Assembly (NCBI GenBank): GCA_038087875.1
Contig: CM075978.1
Location: forward strand, 41,664,001-41,728,000
DNA length: 64,000 nucleotides
Direction: 5' to 3'
Source: Malacoraja senta
Taxonomy: Eukaryota
The first letter of the stretch is position 1. The number at the start of each line of letters is the position of its first letter. The notes under the pieces were generated by a model. That model had not been told where the DNA came from. It did not search any database and saw nothing but the letters and a program-made list of their open reading frames with translations. The position numbers were made by a program, and so were the translations under genes. This document shows, in pieces, positions 12,887-22,499 of this stretch.

Positions 12887-13020
12887 CTTCTTGTGTATGG
12901 CGTGCACAGCCTAAAGTTGTAGGTCAACTTGTTCTATTTGATCTATTTGTTTGTGCACGTCGGGTTGATTGCATTAGTCGAAACAGGGTGGACCACGTGA
13001 AGGTTCCAATCTCCCACCCC
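12887..13020 (-). mobile_element. Short non-autonomous retroelement (134 bp) with ribozyme head and (AAG)n tail, inserted in a V-SINE
   Basis: TSD aggatagtgtt at 12876-12886 and 13021-13031 (12 bp if c12875/c13020 is counted). Tail ...gccatacacaagaag. Removing the insert restores the host SINE. Confidence 0.9.
12967..13020 (-). ncRNA. Minimal HDV-like (CPEB3-type) self-cleaving ribozyme, 54 nt
   Basis: GGGGUGG GA GAUUGGA ACC UUCACGU GGU CCACCCU G UUUCGA CUAA UGCAAUC. P1 7 bp with G1.U36 wobble, P2 6/7 bp, P3 3 bp, L3 UUCACGU, single-bp P1.1 (C22-G37), J4/2 C-U-A-A with putative catalytic C at 12977. Confidence 0.85.
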
Positions 13021-13457
13021 AGGATAGTGTTAATGTCCAGGGGTGATTGCTGGCCGGCGTGGACTCGGTGGGCCGAAGGGCCTGTTTCCATGCTGTATTG
13101 CTGTGATGCACTAATGGAATGACCTTAGTGACTTTAAAGTCTCTTAACATTCCCATCACTTTAAACTTTCAAGTCTCTAAAGTCATTCCATCATTGCTTC
13201 ACTGTGTCCATTGTGCATCTCGGCAATTTTCCTGCAGATTTGCTTATCAATATCCCACCAGCTGGTGATCTACAGAACAATCCCAATGATCGTAATGATC
13301 CTTAACCAGTGAATATGAGGTCCACCAGAGGGTCCAGGCATGATGTGATGACAGACTAGTGTAGATGGGGCATGTTGGTCGACGTGGACAATTTTGGTTG
13401 ATGAGCCTGTTTCCATGCTATCTGACTCTATGGCTCTATTGATGTATTCATTGTAAG

Positions 13458-13682
13458 TGACCAGTGATCACCCCGTACACTAGCACTATCTTACATACAA
13501 TTTTTACCAAAGTCAATTAACCTGAACTTCTTTGGAGTGTGGGAAGAATCTGGAGCAGAGAAAACCCATGTGGTCACAGGGAGAACATGCAAACTCCATA
13601 CAGACAACACCCGTAGTCAGGATTGAACCCGGGTCTCTGCCACTGTAAGGCAGCAACTCTACAACTATTCCAATATGCCGCC
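13458..13682 (-). mobile_element. V-SINE
   Basis: Family head and V-domain. Confidence 0.82.
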
Positions 13683-13695
13683 TCGAACCCAATCC

Positions 13696-13972
13696 TACCT
13701 GCCCATTTCATTTCCCCCACATTCCCATCACTTCCCCACCTCTAGATTCTACCCTTCATTAGCATACTGGGGGCAATTTACAGTGGTTAATTAACGTACC
13801 AACCTGCACGTCATTGGAATGGGGGCTGGAACTGGGGCGTCCAAAGGAAACAGAGTGCACAGTCACAGGGTAAACACGCAAACTCCACACAGACTACACC
13901 AGAGGTCAGGATTCAACGCAGGTCACTGGAGCTGTGAGGCAGCAGCTCTACTAGCTGCACCACTATGCTGCC
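13696..13972 (-). mobile_element. V-SINE, older subfamily
   Basis: Head aggcagcatagtggtgcagctagtagagctgctgcctcacagctcc; same subfamily as 56840-57172. Confidence 0.78.
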
Positions 13973-14194
13973 TAAATAGGGATGAAGTGAATGTTTGAAC
14001 AACCAACTATGTCTGTAATTCATTTGTAGCATAATAATGTAGCCCAATAAAGAACACAGTCTCCCAATTGACGATTGGGATAATTAATCAGCATTCAGTC
14101 CTTAGCTGGAACTACAATAGTGGATGCTAAAGTCAGTCTTGTGACACTCGGATTAAAACTGGAAATTTTGTCCAATATTGTCTGTAGTCCAGTG

Positions 14195-14725
14195 ATATCC
14201 ATGGGATAATGTACATTTTCATTTCACTGGAGCAGGCGATTAGCTACAATAATGGACAAACCCTGAGAAAATTGGGCAGGAATGACATAAGTACATTAAT
14301 ACAATAAGTGGCAGGACCCTGAGGAGCATTGATGTACCAATAGATTTTGGGGTGCAAATCTATAGCTCCCTAAAAGTAGCAACACAAGTAGATAGGGTGG
14401 TAAAGAATCTGGATGCTTACTTGTCCAGCAGTCAGGGCACTGAGCATAAAGGTCGGGAGAATCTGATGCAGCTCCATAAAACTTTGGATATACATTTGGA
14501 GTATTGCGTTTAGTTTTGGTTGCCCCACTTCAGGAAGAACATGGAGGCTTTGGAGAGGATGGTTTGCATGATATTGTCTGAATTAGAGAGTATCAGCTAT
14601 AAGGAAAGGTTGGACAAATTAGTATTGTTTTATTTGCAGTGTCAGAGACTGTGATTCAACTGATGATCATATATAAAATTATGAGGAACACAAATAGGAT
14701 AGATAGTCAGAGTTTTTTTCCCCAT
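14195..14725 (+). mobile_element. Degraded CR1 ORF2 C-terminal fragment
   Basis: LGVQI..., HLEYCV.FWLPH.RK and YKIMR...DRVDSQ.FFP-like remnants. Confidence 0.7.
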
Positions 14726-14735
14726 TTTTACATTT

Positions 14736-15001
14736 TTAGCGTTAGTTTTTGTTTTAGAGATACATCGTGGAAACAGGCCCTTTGGCCCACCAAAGACATG
14801 CCAACCAGCGATCACTTGTACACTAGTTCTATCCTGTAACCCAAAAACCTGCACATCTTTGGAATGTGGGAGGAAACCCAAGCAGTCACAGTCAGGAAGA
14901 ACGTACAAACTCCGTACAGACAGCACCCGTAGTCAGGATTGAACCCGGGTCTCTGGCACTGTAAGGCAGCAGCTCGACCACTGCGCCACTGTGCCGCCGC
15001 C
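14736..15001 (-). mobile_element. V-SINE
   Basis: Family head, core and tail. Confidence 0.85.
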
Positions 15002-15102
15002 TCGAAGTATCTCAGTAACCCCACTGGCCACCCTTCCCTCAAGATCCCTCAGTGACCTCACTGATCGCCCCTCACTCAAGTTGCTTCAATGAGCCCAATC
15101 AT

Positions 15103-15208
15103 TAGTCAAGTCAAGTCAAGAGAGTTTATTGTCATGTGTCCCAGATAGGACAATGAAATTCTTGCTTGCTGCAGCACAACAGAATATTGTAAGCATAAAT
15201 ACAGAACA
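15103..15208 (-). mobile_element. Rex1-type 3' tail fragment with (cttga)n end
   Basis: gcaagaatttcattgtcc...acatgacaataaac followed by cttga repeats. Confidence 0.65.
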
Positions 15209-15232
15209 TTACTTTAATAGTAATGAGTAATT

Positions 15233-15284
15233 GGGGTCAAGGAAAGAGCGTTCACGTCACGGCCCTGTTTCCACCAATCTTTCC
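15233..15284 (+). ncRNA. Second minimal HDV-like (CPEB3-type) ribozyme, 52 nt
   Basis: GGGGUC AA GGAAAGA GCG UUCACGU CAC GGCCCU G UUUCCA CCAA UCUUUCC. P1 6 bp with G1.U wobble, P2 7/7 bp, P3 2/3 bp (A15259 looks like CpG decay of CGC), L3 UUCACGU, putative catalytic C at 15274. Confidence 0.82.
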
Positions 15285-15407
15285 ACCACCACGCACAAGA
15301 AGCACAAGATGCGACAAGACAGACACCATTGTGTGGAGATGCCGAGAAGTGTGTTCAGCTCTGGCTGAACAACTTCTAATCTTGTGTGTGGACTCGATAA
15401 GAAGAAG
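15233..15407 (+). mobile_element. Short non-autonomous retroelement (175 bp) with ribozyme head and (AAG)3 tail
   Basis: TSD aatgagtaatt at 15222-15232 and 15408-15418; ends ...gactcgataagaagaag. Confidence 0.9.
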
Positions 15408-15597
15408 AATGAGTAATTCCCATGGAGGTTGATGCTAGTCACATGCTTGTTCTGTTGTTTCCTGTTCGCCAGCTCCGGGGGCTTTATGGGTGCTGTTGAA
15501 TAGAGTTGACTGCTGCCTATGTTGGGAATTCTGCTCCTTTGCTTCTGAGAGTCCCATCGGACCTTCACATGCTGAGACCTGCAGAGAGCGGTTCTAG

Positions 15598-15938
15598 GTT
15601 CATAAGTTCATAAGTTATAGAAGAAAAATTAGGCCATTCGGCCCATCAATTGTATTCCACCATTCAATGGCTGATTTCCCCCTCAACCCCATTCTCCTGC
15701 CTTCTCCCCATAACCCCGACACCGTACTAATCAAGAATCTGTCAATCGCCGCCTTAAAAATATCCATTGACATGGCCTCCACAGCCGTCTGTGGCAATGA
15801 ATTCCACAGATTCACCACCCTCTGACTAAAGAAATTCCTCCTTATCTCCTTTCTAAATGTAGGTCCTGTTATTCTGACTCTGGTTCTAGACTCTCCCACT
15901 AGTGGAAACATCCTCTCCACATCCACTCCATCTAGGCC
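15598..15938 (-). mobile_element. CR1/HER1-type LINE 3' end
   Basis: GLDGVDVERMFPLVGESRTR...RNFFSQRVVNLWNSLPQTAVEAMSMDIFKAAIDRFL. Confidence 0.9.
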
Positions 15939-18900
15939 TTTGTTTTGTTTCGGATTACTTGAAGGTTGCGGCACAACAGAATCTAACATCGCTGCTTGTG
16001 AAAGGTTGTTCTAATGTATTTCTTCTGGACCTTAATCTTCAACCAAATTTCCCTCCCACACGGAGCAGCTCTTTAACCATGATACACTTTGCTGGTAGTA
16101 CACAGCCCTGTTGCAGGGATTTGGGATAGGATGGAGACGATGGGCTGAATGGCGGATTGTTCTGTTTTACCCCGAGGCATTTTCCATGGATTATTTCCCT
16201 CGTGGAATATTCAGCCTGTCTGCAATCATTTGATAGGTTTATATCTTGATATAATTTTTATTGATCAGTGTTGAAAATGCACAACTGTGCCACTCGATGT
16301 GAATGAAAGTTTGTGAATTGGCATGTTCGATTTTAACAACTGCATTTATCTGCATATTCTTGTCATCTTCATATTTAATCTCTTTCATTCATAAAGTAAT
16401 TTTCTACCTCCCTAATGTACTATACCATAAATTAATCAGAACAATTTGGCTTGTTTAAAGAAAATAACTTTGAACGGCTATTATTTAATTGATCTTTTAA
16501 TTAAATGTGTTAATATTTATCTCCCTAAATTTATCAATACTTAGATATTTTCAAATTAGTTATTTTTTAATTGGTGCATAATTACAGCTCAAATTAGACT
16601 TATTTTAATAAATATTTTGTGCTCTAATAACTACTTGAACTAAAGTAATGAAAAAAATCATATGCAACAGTATTGAGGTAAAGTTAATTAAACTGTAATC
16701 AAGGGTTTTAGCATTAATTATTAATACGTTTTCAAAGAAAACAATGCGTTTCAAAACTTCAACACAACTTGTAATTCGAACCAGTAAACCTTACCCTAGA
16801 CTTGAAATGAAATATTTTTAATAAGAATGGTTGCAAAATAGACTTTTGTCTGTCGCTTATTATCATTTAAGTGGAACCTTTTGCGTGGGCAAGTAGATAT
16901 TTTTAAAATCTTGCCAAAGAATAGGAAGGTGAGACAGAGTAATTACAGTTGTAGGGAATACAACAAATTAAATAATGCCTTGACTGTGAAAGCGTGGGAG
17001 TTGGTTGACAAGTGAATAAAATAAAATAATTTGAACCTTAACGATTGAACACCTTGCTTCATTCCAGAGGTAAACTTGACAATGGTTACAGTATGGCTCA
17101 ATAAGAGAAGAATCACCTATTAGCAGACTAAGTTTGGAGAGAAAATAAAACAAGCTCAACTTGATGGTGCAGTAAGGGTTTCACATACTGTAATTTACGC
17201 TTCCAATTTTCCTTCAGTTATTCCAATTAAAGTCATAGTACATTTTATTATTAATCCTCCCAAAGATAATATGGTCCAGTTATCATCAGCAGTAGGCCAG
17301 CTGTTAGCTGTCTATCAACCACCTGAAGTGGACAAGCTGAGCAGGAGCAAGAATGTCATTCCTTTGATCTGGCAAAGAGCAGCTGCTGATTTATGTACTA
17401 GGACTTTGTTCTTCTGTTCTATTTTACTTTCTTTCCTAAGGCAGAACCATGAAATCTGGTGGAAAACTGCATTGTTCATTGCAACATCAACAAGCTCTGA
17501 CAACTGCAACAGGCTTTCGTTGGCTTCAAGACAGCTCTCAGGCATCTCTTCTGATGCTCACCTTTCGAGATTCAGTTGTTATTGTTCAATTTAACTTCTG
17601 TACATTGAATGGACTGTGGCCAACACGCCTGGGGCATAAACACACCTGTATGAAAGGAGCCTTATTGTGGCAACTATCTCGTCCAAACTACATACATACT
17701 CCCCATTTCCATACTAAGAAAGAATGCTCCATCCTCCCCTATGGCACTTCTTGCCTGAAGTGCACTTCATATTTCTGTTGACCTGTAAAGCCTTATCCAC
17801 AGTCAAGAGCATTTTTCCTTTTTTATTTATTAAGGCTATAAGACCTAAAGAATGGGGATTAGAGAGGTAACTTTATATTTGGCTGTCTGTCAGTCACAAA
17901 ACAAAAATTCTCTCAGGATCCACAGAGCAAATCAGAGTGAAGTTTCCTTATTGGGATTAGTTCCATTAGCCCAGACCCAAACATTTTAGTTTGACATGTA
18001 TATTGCTGAAGTAAATTCAGCTCTTCACCCTCCACACATATCACCAGCATACAGCATTCAGTAGATGCAGCGTTAGGCTGGCTTCTCATTTACAGAGTGC
18101 ATGGTAGATGTTTTTGCAAAAAGATTTCTGGATGGTCCAGTGAACGATTATCTTTGTAGATAAATCTGATGTGGTTAAGATGCTTTGTTATTAATCATCC
18201 ATGATGATAAACTCTTAACATAATCAATACCTCACTTTTATGCGACGGTGTTAGATTACTTGATTGAATTAGAGATTATATTAATGGACTTAATAAATCC
18301 TGAACTCAACATGTAGAGCGATGAGTCTCAATTTTTATATCAAACACAAGACAATCTGGAGGTAATTATAGTTTTAAAAAAACATTGTGCACAATACAAG
18401 CAACTTGAAAATAGCTTATTATTTTGAACATGGCTCTTCATATTACGGAGAAGTAAACCATATATTTGATGCCATCTTATAGTCAGCTGCTTGGTCTACC
18501 TTACAAATCTTTGAAACCACTAGTTCAGGTCAATAAACTGAAGTGCCTGACCTCCAACTACTCTTGCAAGTGTCATTTAGAATAAGAGCAGTGAATCACG
18601 AACCAAGTAGAAAATATCTCAATTATGGGACTGATTGACTCCATAGAGAGTTGTTGCTCTGTCATTACTGTAGACAGGGAGCAGCCTGTATTGTGTATTA
18701 GCAGAGTTTAAAATTATTTTCAGTGGAACAACAGCAGGGCAATTCTATACAAGGGTAGAGTGATAATTATTTAATCAATATTGTCTAACATCATTCCTAC
18801 ATTCAACAGCCCCCACTCAGAGATAACACAAATACCAATTTCATTCTGCCTTAGTTTCTGCACTATTTACATAAGGATTTGTCTACAAGTTCTGATCTTC

Positions 18901-21189
18901 AATAACCAAATCAAAATGTGCAACCACCGTTTTGCAATGGAATTAAACGAAACTTTTTTTTTTAATGTGCACAATGTGAAATGTATTTTAGGGCACATCA
19001 TGTAAAGCAAACACTCAACATGGGATTTGAATCTGAGTTAAATCTGTACCTACTGGTAGAGCACTGGATCAACCTGACTTCTTGCAGATCCCAAGGCAAA
19101 ACCCACAAAGCCTAACTGTCAAGAAAACGCAAATGAAAGGAGATACTGGTTGTAGAGTGGTGTGTCAGGTTCATCCCTGAGGCCAGCGAATTGTGTTTTC
19201 TGAGTCGTCTGACATTAATAGTGCATAGAGCTCTCCCTCCCTTACACTCATGTTAAACCTCAAGTATGTTTGTGCGAAAGCCTCTATCGTCTGACTATTT
19301 GTTTCAATTTATAATGGAATTAATTGAACAGACGAAGTTCTACTTTAAATTATCCATAGATAGCACTCTTTATATGCCCAACCGCGGGGTACTTCTAAAT
19401 AGAAAATCATTCCCTTGTGTGATTTACATCACACATGATTTTACAATATTTTTCTTACTTGTACTCTCCAACCTCTGTCACTAAATCCCAAGTTTAACAA
19501 TTAAACAAAAATCCATGTTAGTCTGAAGTGACTTGCCCAAATGACCCAGTCCCAGAGCAGAAGGATAAATGTGATATAATGCGCTATCACTGGTTTCCTA
19601 ACATCTTTATGACTGATGTGCATTTTTCAAAACAGCTTCTTCTCCACTTGCTGAAGTTGTATACAGTGGATTTACATAATACTGCCAAATATCAACATAA
19701 TTAATGTGCACGTTCAATATCAATGCCATTAAACTATGTCAATACATTAGCTTTCCTCAAAAAGCATGAATAATTTGTGCACATTTAGGCAAGGTTAAAT
19801 GATGGTAGCACAACTAACCTAAAGAGGGTGCTATTTTAAACTTGTCAACCTTCCCCACTGGATTTTTCAACTTTCTTTATCCCCATTGTGGCCCTGATTA
19901 TCGAACAAGTAACTTATCTTTCAGCATTTACAGAGAGACAGAAGGAGTTGACCTACTTTGATAAAACTTTCATATCCAAGCAAAGATAAAAGATAATGGA
20001 TAACCTTGGTGCTCGTTCCTAAATTTCTCAATATTTAACGATGTCAATTTTTTTTGCTGAAGAAAAGGGACCTGTGTATAATGAGAGGACTGATTAGTAC
20101 TTTTTAAAGCAAATTCTAAAATATAGTTAATCATTAGGTGCGCAACAAGATTGGAATATAATTTGAACATTTGGCTCGTATTTATGGGAATATTAAGCTG
20201 TTCCATTCCCCTTTGCAGACCTATAATGGTTTGACCAATAGAGACCAAGGTTTCACACACAGGGGATCAAAAACTGATGTCTAGACCTAACCACTTAAGA
20301 CAGGTGACTATTAGTCCTAGTCCCCATGGTGACTGCCTCTTAACTGTCTGTCTGGTCTACATTAATATCTTAATTTTTTTTATTTATAAACTCCAATTTA
20401 GAAAAGGTGCCAACTTAAGCCATTCCAACTGTGCTGCAGAGATTAATTTTCTGTAATACAAACATTTTATTTTAGTAACTGGCAGTCTTAAGCAAAAGTA
20501 AAGACTTCTCGAAGCAGCCAATGACAGTAGTTTTCCATTCCTGATATTTAGAAATTATAGAGCAAATCTCAACCATTAATTGGCACATTCACAAATTACC
20601 ATCCATATCAGAGGATCCAGTGAGGTTTGATAACATTAGCCCTTCTGTGGAATCTTCTTTAATTCAATTTATCTTCACCTACCAAATATGGTGTTCCACC
20701 TTAAACGTCTGTATGCCACAAGCAGACTATATCGCTGCTTTGAGTGTTACTGATAGCCTCTATGAAATGTGTTCTCGCCTGTGAAGCCAGCAGGTCTTCT
20801 GTTTGGTAAACAACTACAAGCATTTCAAATCCCTTTTACACAATTTTCTCTCCTTTCTTCCTGACATAGTGAGTGCTAATTGCATTCCTTTGAAAATATA
20901 GTATTTTTGCACTATCTATACCACAGGAACGGTGAAAATGTATAACATGCCACGTATAATGGAAGGAATCTAAAAGTGAATTGATCGTTCTGGGAATTCT
21001 GTCCAATTGTACCCCAGGAGCGGGAGAGACTTGAAACGTTGCCAACTAGAACAGGTCAGCCAATGGTTTTTGCCCTGCCAGTTATAAAGAAGTCTTGCTA
21101 AACTCCCAGGGCTGTAAAGATGAGCGCTGGCTCGGAATAAAGTTTAACCATATTCTACCAAGGGCAAATTAAACAGGAAAATAAGTTGA

Positions 21190-21550
21190 GTTTAGTTTAT
21201 TGTCACATGTACTGAGGTACAGTGAAAAGCTTTTGTTGCCTGTGAACCAGTCAGCGGAAGGACAATACCATGATCACAATGGAGCAATCCACAGTGTACA
21301 GATACAGGATAAAGGGAATAATGTGAATAATGTTTAGTGCATGATAAAGTCCAGTAAAGTCCAATCAAAGATAGTCCGAGGTTCTCCAATGTGGTAGATA
21401 GTAGATCTGGACCGCTCTCTAGTTGGTGATAGGATGGTTCAGTTACCCCATAACAGCTGGGAAGAAACTGTCCCTGAATCTGGAGGTGAGCGTGTACTTA
21501 TGTACATTTTGCCCGATGGGAGAGGGGAGAAGAGGGAGTGGCCGGGGTGC
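21190..21550 (-). mobile_element. Rex1/Babar LINE 3' fragment
   Basis: Homologous to 8800-9252. Confidence 0.82.
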
Positions 21551-21835
21551 ACTCAGGTCTCTTCAACAGAAAAACTACCACCAGTAAAGCTTACTCGCAA
21601 TTCTATCATGTTTTGGAAAAGGAACATCAGCAACAGGAGAAAGCCATTCAGCCCATCTTCACTCCTACATTGCCCTTTGGTTAGATCCTATCTGGTCTTC
21701 ATTTCAATTCCATTTATTTGACTTGGCTCCGTTTTGCTCAATTTACACTTCCCTTCCAAAGTTCTACCAATCTCAGTATTCAAACTTAATTGGTTCACTT
21801 TCACCCCTTTGAGGACAGAGAATTTCAGGTTTACA

Positions 21836-22106
21836 TTAGCTTTAGTACTTTAGTTGAGAGATACAGCGCGGAAACAGTCTCTTCGGCGGTCTGCACCGAC
21901 CAGCGATCACTCCGTATACTAATACTATTCTACACGCTAGGGACAATTTACAATTTTCTGAAGTCAATTAACCTACAAACCTGTACGTCCTTGGAGTGTG
22001 GAAGAAAATCCACATGGTCACAGGGAGAACGTACAAACTCCGTACAGACAGTACCTATAGTCAGGATCAAACCTGTAAGGCAACAACCTGCGCCACTGGC
22101 CGCCCC
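21836..22106 (-). mobile_element. V-SINE with internal deletions
   Basis: Family core and tail. Confidence 0.82.
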
Positions 22107-22380
22107 TCTACCACTCTTTGATTTAAACATTTCCCGATTTGATGGTTTTAATTCTGGGTTCCCTCATTTTCAATACCCTCTATCAATGGACATAATTTTC
22201 CTACATCACGTCTGTAAGCTCCTTCCAACATTTTGAACACTTCAATTGTCCGCATGCCCATTTATACCACGGGTCCTTGTATCCTTTATAAAGGATAAAC
22301 CCTAACAAGTAAAAATTGGAATTTAAAGTTACAGTGCTTTTTAATGCCAATCTATTTGAGCTTTGTGTTAAAAATGGAAT

Positions 22381-22499
22381 TAAATGGTTTAGAGGGATAT
22401 GGGCCAAATGCAGGCAGGTGGGGCTAGTGTGGATGGGGAGTCTTGATCGGCATGGGCAAGTTGGATCGAAGGGCCTATTTCCATGCTGTATGACTATGA
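22381..22499 (+). mobile_element. CR1/HER1 3' tail fragment
   Basis: ggtttagagggatatgggccaaatgcaggc...gaagggcctatttccatgctgtatgact; tail shared with the V-SINEs. Confidence 0.75.

Larger units (their letters stand above)
12659..13098 (+). mobile_element. V-SINE, host of the ribozyme-headed insertion
   Basis: A box tggcgcagctgg, B box ggttcgatt, V-domain; tail resumes at 13021. Confidence 0.88.
9680..13310 (-). mobile_element. Old CR1 LINE ORF2 (APE endonuclease to RT), fragmented by nested younger insertions
   Basis: 12550-12338 LLDLFLGNEPGQV...LGKSDHN (APE C-terminus with SDH); ~11970-11890 linker remnant; ~10070-9700 RT remnant FDEVTVSVDEG. Confidence 0.72.

Noticed and set aside
13322-13335. 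CTCF-like motif ccaccagagggtcc
   Set aside because: A single partial match among repeat remnants with no supporting evidence
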